Under the pieces are notes generated by a model. That model made no database searches, was not told where the DNA came from, and saw only the letters and a list, made by a program, of their open reading frames with translations. 33,970 nucleotides of DNA. It comes from Nitrospira japonica. Lineage in GTDB: Bacteria > Nitrospirota > Thermodesulfovibrionia > Thermodesulfovibrionales > SM23-35. The position numbers and the translations under genes are program-made. Location: the NCBI GenBank assembly GCA_020725385.1, contig DYFC01000042.1, forward strand, positions 1 to 33,970. Direction: 5' to 3'. This document shows positions 1-10,699 of this stretch, in pieces. Numbering within the stretch: position 1 is the first letter of the stretch; every line of letters starts with the position of its first letter.

Positions 1-172
1 AAAAATGCATTTGAAATAATGCAGATGTTGCGAGAAAATTTATTTTTCGATACCTTAGTGTACGTTTAAAGATGATTTACCATGAACTTTTTTATTCATT
101 GCCAATAAATATCTTTTAATATAAAAATTATCGAGTTAAATAAATTTTTGAGCAATGTCTGCATTATTTGGG

Positions 173-364
173 TTAATTGCATTTTGTTTCCCATTCAACA
201 ATTGTTTTACATACAGGACATCTTATCATGACCGCAGGAATACCGTAAGCATCTTCTGTAAGATCGATCATATTTGTATATAATTTATTTAAATCTAATG
301 TTAGTTTACAATTATGACAGGTCATCTTTTCAACAAGTGGAAAAGTAATTATTGGCTTCATCAT
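173..364 (-). CDS. Small zinc-ribbon protein (two CxxC motifs), function unknown
   Basis: 63-aa ORF with CHNC and CPVC motifs. A strong SD (GAGGAGG, reverse complement of cctcctc at 371-377) lies just upstream of the ATG, and TTGACA lies on the minus strand at 416-421. Confidence 0.7.
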   Translation of the reverse strand: MMKPIITFPLVEKMTCHNCKLTLDLNKLYTNMIDLTEDAYGIPAVMIRCPVCKTIVEWETKCN

Positions 365-585
365 TATCCGCCTCCTCTCTTATTATACTTTATATATATA
401 ATATTTAATTTATTTTGTCAAATGTTATTTGCTCATTAATGTAAAACTTGTCTTAGATTACTATTCCGTCAATTTTGTCTCGTAACGATATTTTACTTGC
501 AGATTTTTCGATAGCATGATATTTGATTATGGTTCGATTTAATCTTTAAGTATTGCTAACTGATGATTGTAGAAAGACAAACTTA

Positions 586-661
586 TGGTGGGCAGTCGCA
601 GAATCGAACTGCGGACACGAGGCTTTTCAGGCCTCTGCTCTACCGACTGAGCTAACTGCCC
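586..661 (-). tRNA. tRNA-Phe (GAA)
   Basis: Reverse complement GGGCAGTTAGCTCAGTCGGTAGAGCAGAGGCCTGAAAAGCCTCGTGTCCGCAGTTCGATTCTGCGACTGCCCACCA is 76 nt with D-loop, anticodon loop CT-GAA-AA, GTTCGA T-loop and an encoded CCA. Confidence 0.98.
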
Positions 662-670
662 GTAACTTTA

Positions 671-700
671 ACTTTACTATTTTGTCTTTTTAACTGTCAA
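671..700 (-). promoter_or_regulatory. Putative sigma70 promoter of tRNA-Phe
   Basis: Minus strand TTGACA (695-700), 18-nt spacer, TAAAGT (671-676), ending 9 nt before the tRNA 5' end. Confidence 0.55.
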
Positions 701-758
701 GCTGTCAATGTTTTATGTCACATTTTCATTATAATGAAGTAAAATATATAGTTATATT

Positions 759-2330
759 ATGTTGAATTTTAAATTAAAAACCTTTCTTATATTGCACGGA
801 CCCTCAATAATTTCGGGGTTATTGCTGATATTATGCTTCCCGAAACCTGAACTATATTATCTTGCATGGATAGCTCTTGTTCCATTCTTAATTTCTTTGT
901 ACAATAAAAAACCAAAACAAGCGTTTTACTCCGGTTTTTTGCTGGGTATTCCATACTTTTTTGGTACCCTTTACTGGATCTACCACTCAATAAATCATTA
1001 TGGTGGCGTTTCATTTTTAGGTAGTCTTTCTATAGTGGTTTTACTCTGTTTTTATTTAAGCATATATACAGGTATATTCGGTTTTATTTTCTCTTTAACC
1101 ATTCAAAATACCAAACTTCCCGGTCTTATACTTGCTCCTGTTTTCTGGGTTGTATGCGAGTTTATAAGGTCCTATGCCTTTACAGGTTTTCCATGGTCGA
1201 GTATAGGGTATTCTCAAGTTAAATTTTTGTCAATTATACAAATCGCCGATATTACAGGTATTTATGGTGTTTCTTTTTTAATCCTGTCTGTTAACGGTGC
1301 TATATCAGATGTTATTTTATTAAAAAAACGTGTTAAAACCATACCACTTTTTCCGAAATATCAATTCTACCTATGGTTAACATCTTTATGTATTCTAATT
1401 TCAATATCATTTCTTTACGGTCAAATCAAGCTAATACAGGAAAGACCAGGGAAAACTATTACAGCAGGTATTATTCAAGGAAATATTGAACAGGATAAAA
1501 AATGGGATTCTTCTTACCAAAATGAGGTCATAAACATTTACAAAGAACTTACACTTGACGCCTCTAATAAAAAGCCAGACATTATTATCTGGCCTGAAAC
1601 TGCATTGCCTTTTTTCTTTGGAGAAGATATTTCACTTACTAATAATATCGTGGAATTCCAAAAAAATCTTTCTACTAACCTATTATTTGGAACAATCCTT
1701 TTCAAAGATAAAAAAAAGCAGCCTTTTCAACTTTCAAATAGCGCTGTCTTACTCGATGAAACTGGAAAAGTAATTTTTATATATGATAAAATACATATGG
1801 TACCTTTTGGGGAATATGTTCCTCTTAGAAAAATCCTTTTTTTCATTGATAAATTAGTCACAGGCATAGGTGATTACACACCGGGTAAAAGCTACATTAA
1901 AGCTAAAAGCTCAGCAGGAAACTTTGCTGTGCTAATTTGTTACGAAGTAATCTTTCCCGGTCTTGTAAGAAAGTTTTTTACAGATAACGGTGATTATATA
2001 GTAAATATTACTAATGATGCATGGTTTGGAAAAACATCGGGTCCTTACCAGCATTTTAGCATGGCTGTTTTTAGGGCTATAGAAAATAGAAAACCAGTTA
2101 TAAGAGCCGCTAATACAGGAATATCCGGATTAATAGATAGTAATGGTAAAATAGTAGCTAAGACAGATTTATTTCAAAGAACATTTTTAATAGAAAGGTT
2201 CAAAACAGATAGTACAAAAAGTTTTTATTCTAGATATGGAGATTTGTTTTCTTATTTTTGCATTATTTTTACTGTTATATTAATCTCTAATTTATCTACT
2301 AAACTTAAAAATTGTTTTAAGGAGGTTTAA
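759..2330 (+). CDS. lnt: Apolipoprotein N-acyltransferase
   Basis: Multi-TM N-terminus, TGFPW motif, QGNI, and the nitrilase triad WPE / YDKIHMVPFGEY / ICYE, followed by NITNDAWFG and RAANTGIS. Confidence 0.97.
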   Translation: MLNFKLKTFLILHGPSIISGLLLILCFPKPELYYLAWIALVPFLISLYNKKPKQAFYSGFLLGIPYFFGTLYWIYHSINHYGGVSFLGSLSIVVLLCFYLSIYTGIFGFIFSLTIQNTKLPGLILAPVFWVVCEFIRSYAFTGFPWSSIGYSQVKFLSIIQIADITGIYGVSFLILSVNGAISDVILLKKRVKTIPLFPKYQFYLWLTSLCILISISFLYGQIKLIQERPGKTITAGIIQGNIEQDKKWDSSYQNEVINIYKELTLDASNKKPDIIIWPETALPFFFGEDISLTNNIVEFQKNLSTNLLFGTILFKDKKKQPFQLSNSAVLLDETGKVIFIYDKIHMVPFGEYVPLRKILFFIDKLVTGIGDYTPGKSYIKAKSSAGNFAVLICYEVIFPGLVRKFFTDNGDYIVNITNDAWFGKTSGPYQHFSMAVFRAIENRKPVIRAANTGISGLIDSNGKIVAKTDLFQRTFLIERFKTDSTKSFYSRYGDLFSYFCIIFTVILISNLSTKLKNCFKEV

Positions 2331-2331
2331 A

Positions 2332-3430
2332 ATGCTTATTCAGGAAGAGCTTAAAATAGATATATCCGGTCTTAAGGAGAAAATTGAATCTTTACGAGGT
2401 TATCTTTGATATACCTGCCCTGAAAAAAGAAATTGAAGAAATATCTCAAAATTTGGCACTTAATGAAATATGGTCTTCTCCACAAAAAACTAATGAACTT
2501 TTAAAGAAAAAATCAAAGCTTTCTGATTTAGTACTGCATTTTGAAAATTTATCTAAAAAATTAATGTATCTTGAAGAATCTATTAGCATTCTTGAAGAAG
2601 AAAGTGGAGAGCTATTTCTAAAAGATATTCAAAGCGAAATTACAAATTTAAGAAACGAAATAGACTCGCTTGAAATAGAATATCTTCTTTCTGGTGAAAT
2701 GGATAAAAACAATGCAATTTTAACAATACATCCGGGTGCAGGGGGTGTAGAAAGTCAGGATTGGGCTCAAATGTTACTTAGAATGTATTTGAAATGGTCT
2801 GAAATGCATGGTTTTAAGATAACTATAGCCGAGATTCAACCCGGCGAAGAAGCTGGAATAAAGAGTGCAACAATTTCTATTTCAGGACCATTTGCGTACG
2901 GTCTTTTAAAATCTGAAGTAGGTGTACACAGACTTGTAAGAATTTCTCCTTTTGATGCAGGAAAAAGAAGACATACATCTTTTGCTGCTGTACTTGTTTA
3001 TCCGGAAGTTGAAGATAATATAGATATCCTCATAAAAGATGATGATATTAAAATAGACACATTCAGGGCATCAGGTGCAGGAGGCCAACATGTAAATAAA
3101 ACTTCATCGGCAGTAAGAATTACACATATTCCTACAGGAATTATCGTTAGCTGCCAGAATGAACGTTCACAGCACAAGAACAAAGCTATCGCTCTGAAAA
3201 TATTAAAATCCCGTCTTTATGATATTAAATTAAAAGAAAAAGAAAAGAAACTGGAGGGATTCATTGGTGATAAAAAAGGAATATCATGGGGAAGTCAAAT
3301 AAGGTCATATATACTTCAACCTTATCGTATTGTAAAAGATCATAGAACTAATTACGAAACAAGTAATGTCGATTCTGTACTTGATGGAAATATTGATGAT
3401 TTTATAAAAGCTTTTTTGAAAAAAAAGTAA
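2332..3430 (+). CDS. prfB: Peptide chain release factor 2, expressed through a programmed +1 frameshift at 2404-2410
   Basis: ATG at 2332 follows SD AAGGAGG inside the end of lnt. Frame 0 reads MLIQEELKIDISGLKEKIESLRGYL then TGA; the +1 frame continues DIPALKKE... with RISPFD (SPF) and GAGGQHVN (GGQ) motifs. Confidence 0.97.
2396..2410 (+). promoter_or_regulatory. RF2 autoregulatory +1 frameshift cassette
   Basis: GAGGT (internal SD), TAT, CTT TGA T, matching the established prfB SD-N3-CTTTGA signal. Confidence 0.95.
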
Positions 3431-3647
3431 TTCTTAATAAGGCCTTGAACTCTACTATTACTTATATATTAAAAATAAAAATTAGCTGGAGTAGTAGGTA
3501 TTGTTTATTTGTTAAAAGACGATGAATCATATTGAAAGATAAAAAGAAAATTTGTTGGTAGATTATTAGATTTTAAGACTCTTTTTTAACTATTATTAAA
3601 AAGAAATTTTTTCTACAAAATAACAAACATGATACTAACTAAAAAGC

Positions 3648-3677
3648 TTGTGTTAGTTGTTAACATTAAGCTATAAT
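3648..3677 (+). promoter_or_regulatory. Putative sigma70 promoter of dnaA
   Basis: TTGTGT (3648-3653), 18 nt, perfect TATAAT (3672-3677), about 65 nt upstream of the dnaA ATG. Confidence 0.5.
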
Positions 3678-3697
3678 TGTAAACTTCCCGTAAAAAG

Positions 3698-3728
3698 TTA
3701 CTAACATTTGTTAGTAAAATGTTAATAA
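3698..3728. repeat. Cluster of three 9-mers, putative non-canonical DnaA boxes
   Basis: TTACTAACA (3698-3706), tt, TGTTAGTAA (3709-3717, perfect inverted copy), aa, TGTTAATAA (3720-3728). The repeat is directly visible; the function is inferred. Confidence 0.65.
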
Positions 3729-3740
3729 ATAGAGTAAAAA

Positions 3741-5072
3741 ATGTCTCTTGAAGAAATTTGGAACGATATTTTAGTAAAAATAGAGGAGAGAGTAGGCAAA
3801 AGCACTATTAATTTATGGTTTAAGCCTATAAAACTCTTCCAGATTAAAGAACAGCAAGCTACTCTTGATATTCCGAATAGATTTTTTAGGGATTGGATAG
3901 AAGATAACTATCCTGACATGCTTCCGGAAATATTTAATTACGTATTGGGACATCCTGTCGGTATAAAGTATAGAATTGTTGAAAAAGTTGACCCTGATAT
4001 AAAGAAAAAAGATATGAAAATGGAAAACCGCAGGCAGAAACTTGCAAGCAGAGGTATATACCTGAATCCGAAATATACATTTGAAAATTTTATAATAGGT
4101 CCGAGCAACCAATTTGCTCAAGCAGCTGCAAAAGCTATTGTAGAGTCCCTGGGAAAAGCATATAATCCTCTTTTTATTTATGGAGGCGTAGGGCTCGGAA
4201 AGACACATCTTATTACCGCGATTGGCAATGAAGTAATTGATAGAAATCAAGATATGATAGTTATTTATGTTTCTGCAGAACAGTTTACAAATGAAGTAGT
4301 TTCGGCTATCAGACATGAAAAAATGGCTGAGTTAAAAGAAAAATATAGAAACGTTGACCTTCTTTTACTGGATGATATTCATTTTATTGCTAATAAGACT
4401 CAAACACAGGAGGAATTTTTTCACACATTTAATGCAATTTATGAAAGACAGAAACAGATAGTTATCTCAAGCGACAGACCGCCAAAGGAAATAGGAGCAA
4501 TAACAGATAGACTCAGATCAAGATTTACAATGGGCTTAATAGCCGATATACAGCCTCCAGAATTTGAAACTAAACTTGCTATAATTCAAAAGAAAGCAGA
4601 GCTTGAGAAGATTGCAATACCTGATGACATTGCACAATATATTGCTTCTAAAGTGAAATCTAATATTAGAGAACTTGAGGGTTGTCTGATAAGATTGGGG
4701 ATGCAATCTTCGTTAACAGGAAAACCAATAGATATTGAAATGGCAAAAAATGTGCTTAAAGATCTTATAGAAGACGAGGAAAAACCAATCTTACCCGAAT
4801 ACGTACAGAAAATAGTTTGCGATCACTTCGGGATTAAAACGAGTGAAATAAAAGCTAAGAAAAGAAATAAGGAAATTGCTATACCGAGACAGGTAGCAAT
4901 GTATATCACAAAGCAGACAACAAATCTTTCACTTAGCGATATAGGCAAAAACTTCGGGGGCAAGGATCACGCAACAGTAATATATGCTTGTAAACAAGTT
5001 GAGGAAAAGCGTGCTAAAGATGAAGCTTTTAATAAAATGGTTGAAGGTCTTCTTAAAAAGATAAAAGCATAG
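3741..5072 (+). CDS. dnaA: Chromosomal replication initiator DnaA
   Basis: YNPLFIYGGVGLGKTHL Walker A, LLLLDDIHF Walker B, QEEFFHTFN, RLRSRF, NIRELEG, and domain IV GGKDHATV. Confidence 0.99.
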   Translation: MSLEEIWNDILVKIEERVGKSTINLWFKPIKLFQIKEQQATLDIPNRFFRDWIEDNYPDMLPEIFNYVLGHPVGIKYRIVEKVDPDIKKKDMKMENRRQKLASRGIYLNPKYTFENFIIGPSNQFAQAAAKAIVESLGKAYNPLFIYGGVGLGKTHLITAIGNEVIDRNQDMIVIYVSAEQFTNEVVSAIRHEKMAELKEKYRNVDLLLLDDIHFIANKTQTQEEFFHTFNAIYERQKQIVISSDRPPKEIGAITDRLRSRFTMGLIADIQPPEFETKLAIIQKKAELEKIAIPDDIAQYIASKVKSNIRELEGCLIRLGMQSSLTGKPIDIEMAKNVLKDLIEDEEKPILPEYVQKIVCDHFGIKTSEIKAKKRNKEIAIPRQVAMYITKQTTNLSLSDIGKNFGGKDHATVIYACKQVEEKRAKDEAFNKMVEGLLKKIKA

Positions 5073-5110
5073 CATAATAAGGTACTCTTATTACAGAGGA
5101 GGGAGCTTAA

Positions 5111-6253
5111 ATGAAGTTCAATGTCAGAAAAGAAGAGATGCAGGAAAAACTTTCAAATATTCAGAATATTATTGAAAAAAAGAACACAATGCCAATACTA
5201 AGCCATTTCCTGTTAAGTGCAGGCAAAAAGGATTCTTATATAATCGCAACTGATATAGAAACTGCGTTAAAAGAGCCTATTGACTTAACTGTTGAAAAAG
5301 AAGGTAGAATTTGTATCCCTGCAAAAAAGCTACTCGAAATTGTGAGAGAAATTGATAAAGACCTATCAATTGAAACAGTTGATGAACAATGGCTAAAAGT
5401 TAAAGCAGGCTCAAGTGAATTCAGGCTGGCAACGCTCCCGCATATTGATTTTCCTGCATGGCCTGCGGTTTTTGAAGGGCAAGATATAGAAGAAATATTG
5501 ATTGCTCCCGGACTTTTGCTTGAAATGATAGAGAAAACACTTTATGCAGCAGGTGAAAATGACACAAGATACACCCTTAATGGACTTTTATTTCATATTA
5601 AGCCGGATGAGAAAACCCTGAGTATTGTTGGAACCGATGGTCACAGACTTGCTTTTATACAAAAGCAAATAGATAATGATAAACTCAATATTAATGTGAA
5701 GGAAGAAAAAAGGTTAATTATGCCAAGAAAGGCGGTATCAGAGTTAAGAAGATTTCTGCCATTATCCGGGGATCAGAATGAAACTACAAAGGTTAAGATA
5801 ACTCTGGGGCCGAAACATATTCTATTTAATATAGCCAATATAGAGTTTTTATCAAGGCTTGTAGATGGCACATATCCAAATTATGACAACGTGATACCGA
5901 AAGAAAATGAAAAAACACTTATTATAAAAAGGGATAATTTTATAAAGGTTCTTCGCAGAGTCTCAATAATGTCGAGGGAGAGAGCGAGTGCTGTAAGATT
6001 TGATATAGATTCTGACAGAATGTATGTTTCTTCATCGAGCCCTGATATTGGCGAGGCAAAAGAAGACATGGAAGTCGCATTCAACGGGGAAAAAATAACT
6101 CTCGGTTTTAATGCGAAATATCTGTTAGATGTTGCTGGTGCTATGAATGGAGAAAAGATTTTACTTGAACTACAGGATCCGCTCAGCCCGGTTCTTTTAA
6201 AGGAAGAGGGAAGCGAGGATTACAAATGTGTTGTCATGCCTATGAGGATATAA
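5111..6253 (+). CDS. dnaN: DNA polymerase III beta clamp
   Basis: 380 aa following dnaA, with TMPILSH, TRYTLNG, GTDGHRL, GFNAKYLLD and C-terminal VVMPMRI; strong SD. Confidence 0.99.
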   Translation: MKFNVRKEEMQEKLSNIQNIIEKKNTMPILSHFLLSAGKKDSYIIATDIETALKEPIDLTVEKEGRICIPAKKLLEIVREIDKDLSIETVDEQWLKVKAGSSEFRLATLPHIDFPAWPAVFEGQDIEEILIAPGLLLEMIEKTLYAAGENDTRYTLNGLLFHIKPDEKTLSIVGTDGHRLAFIQKQIDNDKLNINVKEEKRLIMPRKAVSELRRFLPLSGDQNETTKVKITLGPKHILFNIANIEFLSRLVDGTYPNYDNVIPKENEKTLIIKRDNFIKVLRRVSIMSRERASAVRFDIDSDRMYVSSSSPDIGEAKEDMEVAFNGEKITLGFNAKYLLDVAGAMNGEKILLELQDPLSPVLLKEEGSEDYKCVVMPMRI

Positions 6254-6269
6254 AAAATTAGAGGAGTAA

Positions 6270-8660
<2,391 letters not shown>

Positions 8661-8692
8661 TTGAAACCACAAAAAGTGGATTATTTGATAAA

Positions 8693-8726
8693 AAAGCTCA
8701 AAGGTTTTTTTAAACCTTTGAGCTTT
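8693..8726. terminator. Bidirectional intrinsic terminator between convergent gyrB and hup
   Basis: Perfect 15-bp inverted repeat AAAGCTCAAAGGTTT-tttt-AAACCTTTGAGCTTT, with A/T runs at both ends. Confidence 0.85.
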
Positions 8727-8751
8727 AATAAGATGACAAAATATCTATTTT

Positions 8752-9039
8752 TTATTTCTTACCTAAAATTGCATCTTTTGCAGCTTTTGCTACACGGAAT
8801 TTAACAACTTTCTTTGCAGGTATTTTAATGATTTCACCGGTCTGAGGATTTCTGCCTTTGCGGGCTTTACGCTGAACAAGTACTATTTTTCCGAGGCCCG
8901 GCAATGTGAATGAGTTCTTTGCTTCTTTGTAAGCCAGTTTTGCGATTTCATCAAGAATCATTGCAGCCTGCACTTTCTTGATCTCAGCTTTTTTTGCGAT
9001 GTGGTCAGCGATTTGAGACTTTGTCATTGGTTTTCCCAT
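8752..9039 (-). CDS. hup: HU family DNA-binding protein
   Basis: 95-aa basic protein with MTKSQ start and RKARKGRNPQTGEIIKIPAKKVVKF arm; SD AAGGGAGG. Confidence 0.95.
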   Translation of the reverse strand: MGKPMTKSQIADHIAKKAEIKKVQAAMILDEIAKLAYKEAKNSFTLPGLGKIVLVQRKARKGRNPQTGEIIKIPAKKVVKFRVAKAAKDAILGKK

Positions 9040-9161
9040 AAAACTTTCCTCCCTTATTTTAGATTTTTATTTTGAACTTATTTCCGGGGATTTTAAAATC
9101 CTTTCCGGAAATCATTTTTATTATCTGTTTTTCTTTGTTAACTCAAAATACTTATTTATGT

Positions 9162-9190
9162 AGTATAGTGAATCTTTAAATAATCTGCAA
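9162..9190 (-). promoter_or_regulatory. Putative sigma70 promoter of hup
   Basis: Minus strand TTGCAG (9185-9190), 17 nt, TATACT (9162-9167). Confidence 0.6.
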
Positions 9191-9321
9191 TCTATTTTAA
9201 TAAAAAAATCGAAAAAATTGAATTAGAAAAAATGATTTGGACACTTGAGCAACAAAATGGTATATTAATCTGGAAGGATAATTGGAATCAGAATAATAAG
9301 ATTAAATTGAGGAGAAAATGT

Positions 9322-9786
9322 ATGATTGGTAGAAATGATAAAGCCTTTATTTTAATAAAGGGCATTATTTTGTCACTATTGAGTATTATTGTATCTTTAA
9401 TTCTAATTTCATGTGGCGGTAGCAAGGAAGTCAAAAAAGCTTCTGAAGAATCAAAAGTTGCCCGGGAGGCATTTGAACTTGCAGAAATCCTTAGAAGTGC
9501 TTATGAAAAAAAGGATATGAAAGAGCTTGAAGAAAATTCTACAAGCAATGGTTATAGAGAATTGCTCACAGTGATGAAAAAATTTGATAAAGCCTCTTTG
9601 AACTTTACACCAACATGGGTAGAAATACATGAAACAAAGGTTTTACTCTCTGTCTCCTGGAAAGGCATATGGACAGTTAATGGAAAAGAGTCAGAAGAAA
9701 GAGGTCTTGCTGTTTTTGTTTTTCAGGGCAAACCCTTAAAACTCGAGCAGATTCAGAGAGAAAACCCTTTCAGACAACCTGAATAG
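9322..9786 (+). CDS. Hypothetical lipoprotein
   Basis: Start moved to ATG 9322 (SD GAGGAG at 9309-9314). A hydrophobic signal ends in lipobox LISC-GG; 154 aa. Confidence 0.8.
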   Translation: MIGRNDKAFILIKGIILSLLSIIVSLILISCGGSKEVKKASEESKVAREAFELAEILRSAYEKKDMKELEENSTSNGYRELLTVMKKFDKASLNFTPTWVEIHETKVLLSVSWKGIWTVNGKESEERGLAVFVFQGKPLKLEQIQRENPFRQPE

Positions 9787-9808
9787 AAGTTCTATATCAA
9801 AAAAAGAA

Positions 9809-10027
9809 TTATCTACATGTACTACAACTTGTTTTGCTGCATGATGAACATCCTGAAGAAACAGCAGTTCCAGCCAATGGTCTTTCAGTTCCTGATGCGC
9901 AGAAAACCGAGAATTTTTTCTTTACATTTTTTGAACTACATTTAGGACAGGTTACTTCTTTATTTCCAAAAACAAGCTTTTCAAAATCTTCACCGCAAGA
10001 TGTACACTTATATTCAAAAATAGGCAT
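9809..10027 (-). CDS. FmdB-family zinc-ribbon protein
   Basis: MPIFEYKCTSCG...CPKC signature with a Cys-rich tail; SD AGGAGA. Confidence 0.9.
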   Translation of the reverse strand: MPIFEYKCTSCGEDFEKLVFGNKEVTCPKCSSKNVKKKFSVFCASGTERPLAGTAVSSGCSSCSKTSCSTCR

Positions 10028-10051
10028 TCTTAATCTCCTTAATTATTAGTT

Positions 10052-10699
10052 TTATTTATTCGGAACTTTTTCCCAATCTTTAAGAAATTTTTCAATTCCT
10101 ATATCAGTCAATGGATGTTTGGTTAATTGTATTATAACAGAATAAGGGATTGTAGCAATATGTGCTCCCATCTTAGCAGCCTCAACAACATGTAAAGGGT
10201 TTCTAATACTTGCAACTATAACCTCTGTATTGAACATATAATTATCGAATATTTCAAGAATATCAGCTACAAGACTCATGCCATTATGACTTATATCATC
10301 GAGTCTTCCGACAAAAGGACTTACATAAGTGGCACCTGCTTTAGCAGCAAGTAAAGCCTGGGACGGAGAGAAAATCAGTGTAACATTTGTTTTGATACCA
10401 TCTGCCGATAGTTTTTTAACTGCCTTCAATCCATCAGGAGTCATTGGTATTTTTACAACAATGTTTTTGTGTATTTTTGAAAGACCTTTAGCCTCTTTGA
10501 TCATATCATCAGCCTTCATACTTACTGCTTCAGCACTTATGGGTCCATTAACTATTCTGGATATTTCTTTGAGCAATGGAATAGGTTGTCTGCCTTCTTT
10601 GGCAATGAGTGAGGGATTTGTTGTTACACCATCAATCACACCAAGTTCATTTGCTTTGCGAATTTCATCAACATTTGCTGTGTCAATAAAAAATTTCAT
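10052..10699 (-). CDS. tal: Transaldolase (small type, TAL/FSA family)
   Basis: MKFFIDTAN start after SD AAGGTG; GVTTNPSL and Schiff-base VVKIP. Glu in ISAEAV and Phe in YVSPFVGR indicate transaldolase rather than fructose-6-P aldolase (Gln/Tyr). Confidence 0.93.
   Translation of the reverse strand: MKFFIDTANVDEIRKANELGVIDGVTTNPSLIAKEGRQPIPLLKEISRIVNGPISAEAVSMKADDMIKEAKGLSKIHKNIVVKIPMTPDGLKAVKKLSADGIKTNVTLIFSPSQALLAAKAGATYVSPFVGRLDDISHNGMSLVADILEIFDNYMFNTEVIVASIRNPLHVVEAAKMGAHIATIPYSVIIQLTKHPLTDIGIEKFLKDWEKVPNK

Larger units (their letters stand above)
3431..3740. other. Candidate chromosomal replication origin (oriC) and dnaA promoter region
   Basis: 310-bp very AT-rich gap directly upstream of dnaA (the dnaA-dnaN gap is only 38 bp). 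It contains GGCC, CTACTATTACTT trio-like repeats (3452-3463), a 23-nt A/T-only tract (3462-3484) and a repeated TTA(C/T)TAACA-like 9-mer. Confidence 0.7.

Noticed and set aside
1-69. Open + frame KNAFEIMQMLRENLFFDTLVYV*, possibly the end of an upstream gene
   Set aside because: Too short and without a motif; cannot be supported from this window.
695-720. Three TGTCA repeats resembling a Pho/OmpR-type box
   Set aside because: Spacing is 8 and 13 nt, not 11, and one copy is explained as the tRNA -35 element.
2384-2407. ORF-track start of prfB (MNLYEVIF)
   Set aside because: Artefact of the +1 frameshift; the true start is 2332.
8663-8683. CCACA / AGTGGATTA after gyrB as canonical DnaA boxes
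   Set aside because: Two or more mismatches, isolated, no unwinding element; equally a 4-bp mini hairpin.
9135-9143. TTGTTAACT variant box near the hup transcription start
   Set aside because: A single degenerate match is expected by chance in AT-rich DNA.
9232-9321. N-terminal extension of the lipoprotein ORF
   Set aside because: The SD and signal-peptide position favour ATG 9322.
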